NCBI GenBank assembly: GCA_963786935.1
Contig: CAWBAN010000001.1
Location: 1,440,001 to 1,504,000 of the forward strand
DNA from: an uncultured bacterium
GTDB lineage: Bacteria > Krumholzibacteriota > Krumholzibacteriia > Krumholzibacteriales > Krumholzibacteriaceae
DNA length: 64,000 bases
Reading direction: 5' to 3'
Shown in pieces: positions 27,115 to 37,848 of this stretch. Each line of letters opens with the position of its first letter. Position 1 is the stretch's first letter. The notes below the pieces were generated by a model. It was not told the DNA's origin and did not search any database. It worked only from the letters and a program-made list of their open reading frames with translations. Position numbers and translations under genes: made by a program.

Positions 27115-27906
27115 ATGGCGGTCGCGACACTGCATACGTTTCCCGGCGCCCCGCGGCAGATCTCGCCTCAGGAAGCGTACTTCTTCATGATGAACGCCCT
27201 CCTCCACAGCAGGATGGAGGCGGGCTTCCCGTCGAACGACGACTGCTTCGACGAAGACGTGAACGTCTATCTCGCGGGGCTGCTTGCGTCCCTCGTGTAT
27301 CCGCTGCGCGAGGCGGACAGGACGCGCGGCACGCCCTGCGGAGACGCGTCTCTCTTCGAAGCGGCGGGCGCGGCGGCCGGGACGAGGGAACGATTCGACC
27401 TGTACCGGCGCGCCGGCGATTCGCTTCTCGTGTCGCTCGGCATCTTCAAGAACGCGCGCTCGAGGCGGCCCGACTCGGTGCCGCACCTCGCGCTGAGCGA
27501 CGCGGCCCACATCGGCCGGGGAAAGGCGTACTACGCGATCGCGCGCGCCTACGCCGCGCAGATCCACCGCCGGAACACCGCGATCGGCGAGGTGCTCGGG
27601 AAGCTCTCGGATAATTTCGAACGGTACCTCGGCGTCCTCTCCCTCATGGGGGGAGAGCACCTCAACATCTTCAAACAGCTCTCGCAGGGGGAGCTCTATC
27701 ATCTCGAGAGCGCGCCGCGGCCGGTCGAACGGAGCGCGGATCTCGCGGCCCGGTACGACCGGTTCCTCGATCGGTATTCCGTATACCTGCGGGATAAATC
27801 GGCTTCCGCGCGGGATGCGCTCGTCGCGGCCGTCGAGGGAGTCCGGGAGATGGATCCCTCGTTCTCGTTCGATCTCGACGCGCGGGAGCGCGTCAGCCCT
27901 GCTTGA
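27115..27906 (+). CDS. Hypothetical protein, probably all-helical
   Basis: AGGAG RBS, host-like codon usage; motifs NVYLAGLL, YRRAGD, GKAYY. Confidence 0.7.
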   Translation: MAVATLHTFPGAPRQISPQEAYFFMMNALLHSRMEAGFPSNDDCFDEDVNVYLAGLLASLVYPLREADRTRGTPCGDASLFEAAGAAAGTRERFDLYRRAGDSLLVSLGIFKNARSRRPDSVPHLALSDAAHIGRGKAYYAIARAYAAQIHRRNTAIGEVLGKLSDNFERYLGVLSLMGGEHLNIFKQLSQGELYHLESAPRPVERSADLAARYDRFLDRYSVYLRDKSASARDALVAAVEGVREMDPSFSFDLDARERVSPA

Positions 27907-28786
27907 GAAACTCCTCGCAGATTTTGAAAACGCGCGCGGCGTCCTCCCCCTTCACGAGCACGTGCCGGTCGCTCGGGAGCAGCTCGAATCGCGACTTCGG
28001 ATTCGACGACACGCTCTTGAGGAAGTGGAGGCTCTTCGGAGAGACGACCCGCTCGCGCGCGGCCTGGATCACGAGCATCGGCTGCTGGATCTTCTTGACG
28101 CGCGAGCGCGTCTTCTCGAGAAACTGCACGAGGCTGTACTCTTTCGGCACGATTCCCTTCGCGGCGAACGGCGCGACGCTTTGGACGAGCTTGAACGCGA
28201 GGTACCGGCGACCCGCCGCGGGAAAGAGCGCCGGAGAGATGAGAATGGCTCCCTTGACGGGCGCCTCCTGCATGAGATTCAGAGCGAGGGTTCCCCCGAA
28301 GCTGAATCCGACGACGTACGTGTTCGGCGCGAAGGTCAGGAGCGCGTCGAGGACGACCCTCGAATCGAGGAGACCCCGTTCCCAGTTGTAGCCTCCCCGC
28401 GCGCCGTTCCCCCGCTTCCGGTCGAGGATCTTCCGCCAGTGAAAGCCGCCGCGGGCCTGCTCGCGGGGCGCCTGCGAGCCGCCGACGGCGAGATTGATCC
28501 CGTAGACCGTATAGCCGGCCTGAAACAGGTGCTCGGCGAGATCGCGCATCTCCGCGGCGGTGCCCCCCGCCCCGTGCAGAAGCATGCAACAGAGCGCCTC
28601 GCGGTTCTGGAGATAGAGGAAGCTCCGGTCCGTCTCCGAGACACCGACCTTCCGCTCGATGAAAATGCGGCTCTCGTGGAAAAACTTGATGAAATCCGCA
28701 CGGAGCGTGAAGCTGTTCGGATTCTTCTGGATGAGCTTTCCGAGCTCCCATACCGAATGATCGATCCGCGCGAGCGTGTCTTTCAT
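27893..28786 (-). CDS. Alpha/beta hydrolase (carboxylesterase-like)
   Basis: LLHGAGG, GFSFGG nucleophile elbow, C-terminal His (SDRHVL). Confidence 0.85.
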   Translation of the reverse strand: MKDTLARIDHSVWELGKLIQKNPNSFTLRADFIKFFHESRIFIERKVGVSETDRSFLYLQNREALCCMLLHGAGGTAAEMRDLAEHLFQAGYTVYGINLAVGGSQAPREQARGGFHWRKILDRKRGNGARGGYNWERGLLDSRVVLDALLTFAPNTYVVGFSFGGTLALNLMQEAPVKGAILISPALFPAAGRRYLAFKLVQSVAPFAAKGIVPKEYSLVQFLEKTRSRVKKIQQPMLVIQAARERVVSPKSLHFLKSVSSNPKSRFELLPSDRHVLVKGEDAARVFKICEEFLKQG

Positions 28787-29526
28787 GCATGCCCTCCCGC
28801 CCGCGCAGCGCGGGCCTCCGCGACCGGCGCCGGCGCGCCGCCGCACGCCTTGACGCAGATGCCGCATATCAGAGTATTGAGTTTTTCACTTTTTGAGAAA
28901 CGCCTGACCTGCGCCGCGCACCGGTCGAGATCGAAGGCGAGCGGATCCATCTTGATCGCGCCGGCCGGGCAAACGCCCACGCAGGCATGGCAGGCGCCGC
29001 ATCCCGCCGCCGCGTCGAGCTCGAGCCCGCGATCGGGGAGCGGCGCGTCGGTGAGGACCGAGACGTAGCGCACCTGCGAGCCGAACGAGGGGTGCACGAG
29101 CAGGTTGTTCCGCCCGCGCCAGCCGATGCCGGCGAGCGCGCCGAGCTCGCGGTGCGAGAGATGCCCGAGGAGCCGGTCCCAATCCATCATCTGGGAGGCG
29201 GGCACCGGGAGCGCCCGATGTCCCATTCGCCGGCACTCCGTCGCGCAGTAGAGCGCGGCCTGGTCGAGAGCGAAATTCACCGTGCGGTAGTGATGGTAGT
29301 AGGTCCAGTTCGGAGCGCCTTCGATCGTCGCGAGCACCTCCCCCGAGAGACGGCAGCCGAGCACGATCGCGTGGCCGAGGGACGCGGCGACCTCGCGGAT
29401 GGAGGCGTGAAAGCCCTCCCGCTCGGCCGGGCCGACGCGCGCCGACGAGACGACGTCGACGCCGAAGCGCGCGGCTTCACGCCGAAGCTTCTCGAGGGTC
29501 TCGCGGGGTGTGTGCGAATCCGCCAT
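28783..29526 (-). CDS. 4Fe-4S protein of the epoxyqueuosine reductase/reductive dehalogenase-like superfamily
   Basis: LSHR...AGIGWRGRNNL...FGSQVRYVSVLTD, CGACHACVGVCP, CGICVKAC. Confidence 0.8.
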   Translation of the reverse strand: MADSHTPRETLEKLRREAARFGVDVVSSARVGPAEREGFHASIREVAASLGHAIVLGCRLSGEVLATIEGAPNWTYYHHYRTVNFALDQAALYCATECRRMGHRALPVPASQMMDWDRLLGHLSHRELGALAGIGWRGRNNLLVHPSFGSQVRYVSVLTDAPLPDRGLELDAAAGCGACHACVGVCPAGAIKMDPLAFDLDRCAAQVRRFSKSEKLNTLICGICVKACGGAPAPVAEARAARAGGHA

Positions 29527-30992
29527 TAGCTCGTCCGGTAGTTCGGCGCTTCCTTCGTGATCGTGATGTCGTGCGGGTGGCTCTCGCGGAGGCCCGCCGC
29601 CGTGATGCGTATGAAGCGCCCGTTCTTCTTGAGATCCTCGATCGTCGCGACGCCGCAGTATCCCATCCCCGCGCGCAGCCCCCCGATGAGCTGAAACACG
29701 TTGCTCGAGAGCGCGCCCTTGTACGACACGCGCCCCTCGATCCCCTCGGCGACGAGCTTGCCCTCCTCCTTGACCCCCTCCTGGAAATACCGGTCGCTCG
29801 AGCCTTTCTTCATCGCCTCGATCGAACCCATGCCGCGATAGATCTTGTAGTTCTTTCCCTCGTAATAGACGATCTCGCCGGGGCTCTCGTCCGTCCCGGC
29901 GAAGAGGCTCCCGATCATGACGCTGTCCGCTCCCGCCGCGATCGCCTTGACGATGTCCCCGGAGTACTTGATGCCGCCGTCGGCGATGATGGGCACGCCC
30001 GCCTTCGAGGCGACCGCCGCGCAGTCCATGATCGCGGTGAGCTGCGGCATGCCGATGCCGGCGATGACGCGCGTCGTGCAGATGGCGCCGGGGCCCATCC
30101 CGACCTTGATCGCGTCGATGCCGAGACGGATGAGATCGCGCGCCGCCTCGGGCGTCGCGATGTTCCCCGCGATGAGCTGGAGGCCGCGGTGCCGCTTCTT
30201 GATCTTCGCGACCGCCGCCAGCGTGTTCGTCGAGTGCGCGTGCGCCGTGTCGACGACGACGACGTCGGCGCCCGCCTCGCGGAGCGCGTCGACGCGGCGC
30301 ATGTAGTCGGCTCCGACACCGACCGCCGCCCCGACGCGCAGGCGGCCGTTCGCGTCCTTGCACGAGAGCGGGAAATCGAGCTTCTTCTGGATGTCCTTGT
30401 ACGTGATGAGCCCCTTGAGCCGCCGCTTGCGGTCGACGACGGGGAGCTTCTCGATGCGGTTCTCGTGCAGAATCTTCTTCGCCCGCTCGAGGGTGATCCC
30501 CTCGAGGGCGGTGATGAGATTCTCCGAGGTCATCACCTCGTGCACCTTCATGTCGTCCCGCTCGAGGAACCGCAGATCGCGGCTCGTGAGAATGCCGACG
30601 AGCACGCCGTCCTTCGTGACGGGAAGCCCCGAGATGCCGAACTTCCGCATCGTCTGCTTCGCCTCGCGCACGAGCTGGTCCGGGGACAGCGTGACGGGAT
30701 TCGTGATCATGCCGCTCTCGCTCCGTTTCACGCGGTCGACGTGCTCGGCCTGCTCCATGACGGAGAGATTCTTGTGAATGATGCCGATGCCCCCCTCGCG
30801 GGCGAGCGCGATCGCGAGCCCCGCCTCGGTCACCGTGTCCATGGCCGCCGAGACGATCGGGATGTTGAGACGGATCGAGCGGGTCAACCTGGTTCTCGTA
30901 TCGGTTTTGCTCGGGAGGATGCGCGATTTTCGGGGGATGAGGAGAACGTCGTCGAACGTGAGCCCTTCCTTGACAACCTTCGGTTTATTCAC
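29526..30992 (-). CDS. guaB: IMP dehydrogenase with CBS pair
   Basis: [36 protein letters not shown]. Confidence 0.98.
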   Translation of the reverse strand: MNKPKVVKEGLTFDDVLLIPRKSRILPSKTDTRTRLTRSIRLNIPIVSAAMDTVTEAGLAIALAREGGIGIIHKNLSVMEQAEHVDRVKRSESGMITNPVTLSPDQLVREAKQTMRKFGISGLPVTKDGVLVGILTSRDLRFLERDDMKVHEVMTSENLITALEGITLERAKKILHENRIEKLPVVDRKRRLKGLITYKDIQKKLDFPLSCKDANGRLRVGAAVGVGADYMRRVDALREAGADVVVVDTAHAHSTNTLAAVAKIKKRHRGLQLIAGNIATPEAARDLIRLGIDAIKVGMGPGAICTTRVIAGIGMPQLTAIMDCAAVASKAGVPIIADGGIKYSGDIVKAIAAGADSVMIGSLFAGTDESPGEIVYYEGKNYKIYRGMGSIEAMKKGSSDRYFQEGVKEEGKLVAEGIEGRVSYKGALSSNVFQLIGGLRAGMGYCGVATIEDLKKNGRFIRITAAGLRESHPHDITITKEAPNYRTS

Positions 30993-31087
30993 CTGCGGCG
31001 AAAGAGGCGTCGCCTCTTTCTTCCTCCTCTCGTCTCGAAGGATCCTCGGCGCCGATTCATATATAGTCTACGCCATTGTAATGTGTG

Positions 31088-31116
31088 AACATACCGCCTG
31101 CCGTTGCGCCTGTCAA
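31088..31116 (-). promoter_or_regulatory. Sigma70 promoter for guaB
   Basis: TTGACA (31116-31111), 17 nt, TATGTT (31093-31088). Confidence 0.65.
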
Positions 31117-31925
31117 GCATTGTCGGGGAGACCGTCGAGGGGCGCCATCGTGAGGCGCCGCCGCTCGTAGGTCGCGACCGCGGCGACGCCGAACTCCCGC
31201 AGGAGGCCGACTGCCGCGTCGAAGTCCCTCCCGACGTCGGCGGGCGAATGGGCGTCCGAGCCGACGGTCGCCGGAACCCCTGCGTCGACGCAGGCAGCAA
31301 AGAAGCCGCGCTCGGGGTACACCGAGCCCGCGTTGCGCCGGATGCCCCCGGTGTTGATCTCGATCGCCATCCCCCGCGCGGCGAGGAGCCGGGCGACCTC
31401 GCGGTGATCCTTCTCCATGGAGCGGGCGGGCTGGAAGGCGCCCCGCCGGAGCGCGTCGGGGTGCGCAACGATATCGAAGAGCCCCGTCTCGATCATGCGC
31501 TTCAGCTTCTCGAAGTACTTCGGGAACGCCGTGACCGGATCCTCGCTCGCGAAGCGCGCGATGCCGGCCTTGCTCGTGAAATGCCAGTCGCCGAGGAAAT
31601 GGAGGGCGCCGATCACGTAGTCGAAGGGCTGGGACGCGAGAAGGCGCTTCGTCTCATCCTCGTATCCCTCGAGATAATCGGCCTCGATGCCGAGCTTGAT
31701 CGTGATGCGCCCGCGGTATTTCTCCCGGAGCGAGAGCACCCGCTCGACGTAGAGCGGCAGCTTCTCCTCGGGCATCGCGTGATACGGATCGGGATTGACG
31801 GCGAGCGGCAGGTGGTCGCTGAATCCTATCTCGGCGAAGCCCTTGGCGAGCGCCGCCTCGACGTACTCGGCGAGATCGCCCTGTCCGTGCCCGCTGAAGT
31901 TGCCGTGCAGATGGTAGTCGATCAT
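31113..31925 (-). CDS. PHP-family histidinol-phosphatase (HisJ/HisK-like)
   Basis: DYHLH, FSDHLP, GIEAD, AHPD, EINT, GSDAH. Confidence 0.9.
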   Translation of the reverse strand: MIDYHLHGNFSGHGQGDLAEYVEAALAKGFAEIGFSDHLPLAVNPDPYHAMPEEKLPLYVERVLSLREKYRGRITIKLGIEADYLEGYEDETKRLLASQPFDYVIGALHFLGDWHFTSKAGIARFASEDPVTAFPKYFEKLKRMIETGLFDIVAHPDALRRGAFQPARSMEKDHREVARLLAARGMAIEINTGGIRRNAGSVYPERGFFAACVDAGVPATVGSDAHSPADVGRDFDAAVGLLREFGVAAVATYERRRLTMAPLDGLPDNA

Positions 31926-32019
31926 GGTGGAGAGAAGATAGCAGATGGTGCTCGGCCGGGCAACATCGAGAAGTCACCCAGGTAGCCCTATCGCGGCTCC
32001 GGGCCGGGGGGACGATCCC

Positions 32020-33534
32020 CTACTTCTTGCCGATCTCGGGACAGGTTCTGGAGGGAACGCAACGAAGATCGGCGAAGATGATCCAATATGGATTCGGCAT
32101 CAACCTGCGCCATATGCCGAACTCTTCGGCCCAGCAGACGATCCTGGTCGAGTCTCCGAGAACTGCTCCGGCGCCTATGTAATGGATGTGGCTTTCGCGT
32201 TCGTAGAATCGGACGACCTTGAATCCGGTTTCGAGAAGCGATGCATCATGAAACGCGGCCCTGAACCTGTCTCCGGGCGTTCCCTCCTTGTCATGCCTCA
32301 CGATTAGAAGCGACCGCACTTTCAATGAATCCCCCAGATCCTCGACGCTGCGAGGAAAGACACCTCCGGACAAGGACACCCACACCTCAAGCGCCTCTTT
32401 GATAGCATCTGCGGCTCCCGAAATCTCTTCGGCGCGCATCTTCTCCCGCATTCTTTCGTAGGCTTCGCTGTCAAGAACGGTATCGATCTTGGTAACGGCA
32501 TACCCAGGGGGAGGTTCCAAGCTGAAATACGATGTATCAGGCGGCGCGTTCCAACGGAAATCGTCCCAGATCACTTTTGGCTCTCCCGGACCAAGGTCGA
32601 TCCATCCGGCGGCGGCTGAGCGCGGCGTACCTCGAGGCAAGAAATCGGTCACATCCAGACCGTACGGATACGACGTGCTCGAATCTGCGGAGTCGACATC
32701 GCTCAGCTCCATGCGCAGTGGCAACTCGGTTTTGAGGTCGATCCAGACCGTCGTCTTTTTGAGTCCTCCCGTTACCCTTTCATAGACTGCGGTGCTTCTG
32801 CCTTCAAGACGCTCCCTGCGAACATAGGAGAACTTCATTCGCTTGTGCCATGAAGCCAGATCGGTCACAAAACTGCTCTTAGGAGGAGACGCATTTCCGG
32901 AGGTCGTATTCCACCGCCACCGTTCGAGCATCGCCCGTTTGGTGGATGGATAGAGGACAAGCTTCGTCTCTGCAGGAAGTCGACGATTGGAGATTATCAC
33001 GCTATCGGCGTTTCCGACACGCCAGGTTCCCGAGCTGTTCCACCCCCACTCGCTCGTCCTCCATTCTCCAACCTTCCACCGTCGATCTCGATAGACGAGG
33101 GTATGAGCCCCTTCCACCCTCTCGATGACCGAGGCGAAGGCGGGCACCGGACCGTTCAGGAGGCCGCGCAGGAAATCGACGCCGATGGCAACGGCGACGA
33201 GAATGACGGCGGCAGCGGCGACGTGAGCGAATCTCGAGTCCCCCGCGAACAGACCGCTGAATCCCCGACGTTTCGCGCGCACTGCGTCGTCACGCGCCGG
33301 CGCCTTCGCCGGAATCGCCGCGATGGCGCGCTCCTCGGCGCGGAGCTCCGAAATCGAAAGGCGCGCGGCGAGGCTCTCGAGCCGCGCATGATCGGCGGCG
33401 AGCAGCGCGCGGTAACCGCGGCAAGATTCGCACGCCGTGCAGTGAGCGTCGATCGCCGCACGCTCGGCGGCGCCGGGATCCCGCCCGACGGAATCTTCGA
33501 TTTTCTTCCGCATCTCTTCGCATGCGTCGTTCAT
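32020..33534 (-). CDS. Zinc-finger anti-sigma factor with TM and large extracytoplasmic (LolA-like) domain
   Basis: HCTACESC (HxxxCxxC), a TM helix, WIDLKTELPLRME; ATGA overlap with the sigma gene. Confidence 0.75.
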   Translation of the reverse strand: MNDACEEMRKKIEDSVGRDPGAAERAAIDAHCTACESCRGYRALLAADHARLESLAARLSISELRAEERAIAAIPAKAPARDDAVRAKRRGFSGLFAGDSRFAHVAAAAVILVAVAIGVDFLRGLLNGPVPAFASVIERVEGAHTLVYRDRRWKVGEWRTSEWGWNSSGTWRVGNADSVIISNRRLPAETKLVLYPSTKRAMLERWRWNTTSGNASPPKSSFVTDLASWHKRMKFSYVRRERLEGRSTAVYERVTGGLKKTTVWIDLKTELPLRMELSDVDSADSSTSYPYGLDVTDFLPRGTPRSAAAGWIDLGPGEPKVIWDDFRWNAPPDTSYFSLEPPPGYAVTKIDTVLDSEAYERMREKMRAEEISGAADAIKEALEVWVSLSGGVFPRSVEDLGDSLKVRSLLIVRHDKEGTPGDRFRAAFHDASLLETGFKVVRFYERESHIHYIGAGAVLGDSTRIVCWAEEFGIWRRLMPNPYWIIFADLRCVPSRTCPEIGKK

Positions 33535-34055
33535 TTCGCGCCTCCCTCGCTCTCGAGGAGCTTGCGCAGCTCCCTGCGGGCCCTGCTCAATCTCGTATAG
33601 ACCGCCTCGCACGATATACCGAGCGAGGCGGCGCAGCGCTCGGCGCTCTGGCCGTCGAAGTAGTAGAGCATGAGCGGCAGCCGGTGCTGCTCGGGGAGCC
33701 TCCCGAGGGCCTCGCGAATATCCGACATATCATCGTTTTCCTTCGCGGGGCAATCGGCCGGCACTTCCACGTCCTGTTCCCGTCTCGCGCGCTTCTTGAG
33801 AAAGTTGCGGCAGACGTTTCCCGCGATCGTCCCGATCCACGGCCCGAAGGAATCGTGGTTCTTGAGCGAGCCGAGCTGCGCAAAGCCTCGCATGAACGTC
33901 TCCTGCATGAGATCCTCCGCATCGGCCGTGTTGCCCGTCATCGCGAGGCAGATCGCATACACGCGCCTGCCGTGCAGGCGCACGAGCCCCGCATAGGCCC
34001 TTCCGTCCCCGGCGAGGCAGGTCTCGACGATTGTGGCCTCCCGACCGCTCTCCAC
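33531..34055 (-). CDS. ECF RNA polymerase sigma factor
   Basis: DAEDLMQETF, FGPWIGTIAGN, LPEQHR, RLSRAR; GGAGG RBS before GTG 34055. Confidence 0.9.
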   Translation of the reverse strand: MESGREATIVETCLAGDGRAYAGLVRLHGRRVYAICLAMTGNTADAEDLMQETFMRGFAQLGSLKNHDSFGPWIGTIAGNVCRNFLKKRARREQDVEVPADCPAKENDDMSDIREALGRLPEQHRLPLMLYYFDGQSAERCAASLGISCEAVYTRLSRARRELRKLLESEGGAK

Positions 34056-34304
34056 GGCGCCTCCACTTCGCTCTCTGTTAATAAGAGACAATCCCCGCAC
34101 GGAAATCCTTACGGACAATATTCGCACGACATGGAACTCCGAATCAATATGATGGAGATCTTCTGCAGCCGCCGAATCGACTTGAGCAACGGATCGATTT
34201 CCAATAGAATGCCTTCGGCTCATCCGAAATGCATCCGGGCGGCATCGCAGACATTGAGAGCCTTCGTCGAGTGTGCCCGCGGAATCGGGCACGGAGCGCA
34301 ACGT

Positions 34305-35558
34305 ATGATGACGGCAAGATTGGCGCTGTGCGTATCGCTGACCCTCTTCTCGGCTCTGGCGCTCTCGTTTCTCAAGAACAAGACTTACGAGGTCAGGGCT
34401 TATCGGTGGCTGATCGCCGGGGCGATCGCCGCAAAGGCGCTGGCGATCGTAGCAATTTATTCATTCGTCCCCTATCTCAATGCGGGATCGGACGCCACCA
34501 TCTACTACTACCCGCAGGCCCAGAAGGTCTTGTCGGGCCAGCTCCCCTACCGGGATTTCATATCTCATTACTCCTTCTTCTTTCCCCTGCTTCTTGCGCC
34601 GGCGCTCCGCGTCTGGCAATCGGTAGGCGCCGTCGTTCTGACGATGTTCGCTCTGGAAACCTTGATGATACTCCTCTATCTGTCCCGGTGGATTCAGACC
34701 GATTATCCGAATCGCCTGCGGGTCGCATTCCTGTACAGTTTCTCGCCCATATCGATATACTGGGTAGACATTACCGGATATAACGGCCCGATCATTGCGC
34801 TCTTCGCCTTGACGAGCCTGATATTCGCGCACCGAAAAAAGGATTCTCTCTCCGTCGTTTTCGCGGTCCTGGGATTTCTATTTTCCAAGCTCCTGATGTT
34901 CCTGAGTTACCCCGCAATCTTGCTTTTCGGCCGCGGCCGCCGCACACGGAAATCGCTCTCGGCCGCGGTTGCTATCGCATGTTATTACGCGGCATTGTCC
35001 CTCGTCGGCGTTGATGCATTTCAGCCGATCGAACATGAAATGACGACGGCCACGAGCGGCAACATATGGTTCCTGCTGTCGCCGCTTATCCCCGAGAGCT
35101 TTTCCGGAACATTCCTATGGAGCTATGCCGCGATCCTGTCGTTTTCGCTGGTATGCGTCCCGATGATACTTCTCTACGCGCGCTCGATGAATGGAGAACG
35201 ACGCAACGAGTTCGATGCCGCAATCGCTTTTGTTGCGACCATGAATCTCGCGTTCTTCATCCTCAGCAAGAAGTCATACACTTTTTATATGCCCATGGCC
35301 TTCATTTTCATTTTGCACACGCTCGTTTTCATGCGTGCGGATCGCGCGGATCTCGTCAAAAGACTCTTGCCAGCATTCTTCCTGAGTGCGACGACGACAT
35401 TCGAAACGAATCTGTACCAACCGCTGCGAGACGGAATGACGACAATCGAACCCGCACGCATGCTTGGATTGTGGATCGTAGATCTCATCACCGTTGCTTG
35501 TTACGGATATCTCATGATAGTGTGTTTCAAGGAGTCCATCAGGAAAACGGATCGATGA
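34305..35558 (+). CDS. Polytopic membrane protein, GT-C/GT87 glycosyltransferase-like
   Basis: SDATIYYY...GQLPYRDF...Y motif then many TM helices; lower GC than flanks. Confidence 0.6.
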   Translation: MMTARLALCVSLTLFSALALSFLKNKTYEVRAYRWLIAGAIAAKALAIVAIYSFVPYLNAGSDATIYYYPQAQKVLSGQLPYRDFISHYSFFFPLLLAPALRVWQSVGAVVLTMFALETLMILLYLSRWIQTDYPNRLRVAFLYSFSPISIYWVDITGYNGPIIALFALTSLIFAHRKKDSLSVVFAVLGFLFSKLLMFLSYPAILLFGRGRRTRKSLSAAVAIACYYAALSLVGVDAFQPIEHEMTTATSGNIWFLLSPLIPESFSGTFLWSYAAILSFSLVCVPMILLYARSMNGERRNEFDAAIAFVATMNLAFFILSKKSYTFYMPMAFIFILHTLVFMRADRADLVKRLLPAFFLSATTTFETNLYQPLRDGMTTIEPARMLGLWIVDLITVACYGYLMIVCFKESIRKTDR

Positions 35559-35724
35559 CGACCACCAGGATCGCTGAACCATCGGATGAAAGAGACATTC
35601 GCCATCAACGGACCGCGGGGAACACCCACCGCGCTCGGCGCTCCTCTCGATTCCCCATTGCAAAAGAGCCGGCGCTGTGATTTCATCGCGTGCGGGACTC
35701 ATCATCTGAAGAAAGGAGACTCGT

Positions 35725-35898
35725 ATGGGGGACGATATCAAGGTCAAGTGCTGCGGATCGCACGGCGGCGCGTTCATGGGGCCTCTCTGGGCCATCGGCT
35801 GGATCTTCACCATCGGATATCTGAAGCTCACGTTCTGGAAGGCCGTTCTCGGCATCATCATCTGGCCGTATTACCTGGGCGTGTTTTTCCACAAATAG
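35725..35898 (+). CDS. Small membrane protein, 57 aa, below the ORF-track cutoff
   Basis: AAAGGAG RBS; MGDDIKVKCCGSHGGAFMGPLWAIGWIFTIGYLKLTFWKAVLGIIIWPYYLGVFFHK; ends 15 nt before the SPFH gene. Confidence 0.75.
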   Translation: MGDDIKVKCCGSHGGAFMGPLWAIGWIFTIGYLKLTFWKAVLGIIIWPYYLGVFFHK

Positions 35899-35913
35899 CG
35901 CGAGGGGGAGCGT

Positions 35914-36798
35914 ATGAGCGCATTGCATTTCGGATGGCTGTTCTTTCTGTGCATCATCGTCATTATTCTCTTTTTAAGCGGCATCAGGATTATCCGCCCG
36001 ACGCATCGAGGGCTCGTCGAGCGTCTCGGAAGATACCAGCGGTTCGGGAATCCGGGATTTCAGTGGATTATCCCGTTCATCGAGCGGATGTACCAGGTGA
36101 ATACGACCGAGCTCATGGTCGACGCCGATCCGCAGGAGATCATCACGAACGACAACCTGAACGCGATGGTCGACGCGCAGATCTACTACCGCGTCAAATC
36201 GGACGAGGAGAGCGTCAAGAGCTCTCAGTATCACGTGAACAACGTCCATTGGCAGATCGTCAATCTCGCGCGCACCACGCTCAGAAACATCATCGGCACA
36301 TTGACCCTGAAATCGGCCAACAGCGAGCGCGGCAAGATCAACGACGAGCTTCACAAGGTGCTCATCCAGGAAACGCAGTCGTGGGGCATCGACATCGTGC
36401 GCGCCGAGCTCAAGCAGATCGATCCGCCGAAGGACGTCCAGGACACGATGAACAAGATCGTCAAGGCGGAGAACGAGAAGATCGCCGCCGTCGATTTCGC
36501 CACCGCGGCCGAGACGACGGCCGACGGCATCAAGCGCGCGGAAATAAAAAAGGCGGAAGGCATCCGGCAGGCGAGGATCCTCGCGGCGCAGGGCGAAGCG
36601 GAAGCCATCCGTCTCGTGAACGACGCCGCGGACAAGTATTTCATCGGAAACGCCCAGCTGCTCAAGAAACTCGAGATGGTCCAGGCGTCGCTCAAGGACA
36701 ACGCGAAGATCGTCGTGCCTGCCAATACGGAGCTCATCAACGTGATCGGCGACATGGCCGGAGTGCTGCCGCTGCGGAAGGGCCCGGAAAAGGCATAG
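35914..36798 (+). CDS. SPFH/Band 7 (stomatin/QmcA-like) protein
   Basis: GLVERLGRY, PG..IIPFIE, QEIITNDN, TTLRNIIG, WGI. Confidence 0.92.
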   Translation: MSALHFGWLFFLCIIVIILFLSGIRIIRPTHRGLVERLGRYQRFGNPGFQWIIPFIERMYQVNTTELMVDADPQEIITNDNLNAMVDAQIYYRVKSDEESVKSSQYHVNNVHWQIVNLARTTLRNIIGTLTLKSANSERGKINDELHKVLIQETQSWGIDIVRAELKQIDPPKDVQDTMNKIVKAENEKIAAVDFATAAETTADGIKRAEIKKAEGIRQARILAAQGEAEAIRLVNDAADKYFIGNAQLLKKLEMVQASLKDNAKIVVPANTELINVIGDMAGVLPLRKGPEKA

Positions 36799-36834
36799 CG
36801 GACCTGCGCGGGCCTGTGCGGAACCAAGTCCGCA

Positions 36835-37848
36835 TCAGCAGATGCGCGGGAGCATGTCGCCGTAGGGAACGTCGACGACGCGCTCGCCGCCGAAAACCGT
36901 CTTGAGGATCACTTTCCCCGCGGGATCGGCGGAAACCTCGCCGATCCGCGCCGCGCCGAGGCCGAGCGGATGCGCCTTCATGAACTCGAGCGCCCGGCCG
37001 GCGTCTTGGGCCGGCACGACGGCGACGAACTTTCCCTCGTTCGCGATGTGCAGCGGATCGTAGCCCATCAGCTCGCAACCGCGTTTCACCGCCGCGGAGA
37101 CGGGAATCGCCTCCTCGACGAGCCTGATGCACGCCCTTGAATCGGCCGCGATCTCGTTGAGCACCGCGGCGAGCCCGCCCCGCGTCGCGTCCCGCATCGC
37201 GCGCACCGTTTTCACCTGCTCGAGCAACGGAACGATGAGGTTCGAGAGAGGCGCCGTGTCGCTCGCGAGGTCGCTCCCGAAATCGATTCCTTCCCGCCTG
37301 CTCATGATGGCGAGCCCGTGCTCGCCGAGGGAACCGCTCACGAGCACGGCGTCCCCCGGCCGCGCCGAGGCCGAGGAGAGCTCGATGCCGGCCGGCACGG
37401 CGCCGATACCCGACGTGTTGATGAAGATCCCGTCCGCCTTCCCGCGCTCGACGACCTTCGTGTCCCCCGTGACGACGGTCACCCGCGCTTCGCGCGCGGC
37501 CGACGCGACGGAATCGAGCACTCGATCGAACGTTTCGAACGGGAGCCCCTCCTCGATGATGAACGAGAGCGAGAGCCACAGCGGCCGCGCGCCGCACACG
37601 GCGAGATCGTTCACCGTCCCGCACACGGCGAGGCGCCCGATGTCCCCCCCGGGAAAGAACAGGGGGCTCACGACGAACGAGTCCGCGGTGAAGGCGATCC
37701 TCCCCGCCTCCGTCGCGAGCGTCGCGCTGTCCTGGAGCGGAGTCTTCTCCCCTCCGAGCTTCCCGACGATCCTCGCGACAAGCTCCTTCATCAGGATCCC
37801 CCCGCCCCCGTGGGCGAGCAGGACGCGTTCGCTCTCCCTCTCAGCCAT
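36835..37848 (-). CDS. hypE: Hydrogenase maturation carbamoyl dehydratase HypE
   Basis: LAHGGGG, PLFFPGGDIG, GTVNDLA, TGDTKVV, DATRGG, ANEG, C-terminal PRIC. Confidence 0.97.
   Translation of the reverse strand: MAERESERVLLAHGGGGILMKELVARIVGKLGGEKTPLQDSATLATEAGRIAFTADSFVVSPLFFPGGDIGRLAVCGTVNDLAVCGARPLWLSLSFIIEEGLPFETFDRVLDSVASAAREARVTVVTGDTKVVERGKADGIFINTSGIGAVPAGIELSSASARPGDAVLVSGSLGEHGLAIMSRREGIDFGSDLASDTAPLSNLIVPLLEQVKTVRAMRDATRGGLAAVLNEIAADSRACIRLVEEAIPVSAAVKRGCELMGYDPLHIANEGKFVAVVPAQDAGRALEFMKAHPLGLGAARIGEVSADPAGKVILKTVFGGERVVDVPYGDMLPRIC

Noticed and set aside
36815..36840. hypE ends Cys-TGA followed by hairpin TGCGGA-cttggt-TCCGCA
   Set aside because: HypE needs its C-terminal PRIC. 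The hairpin abuts the stop and lies between convergent genes, fitting a terminator-like element rather than a SECIS.
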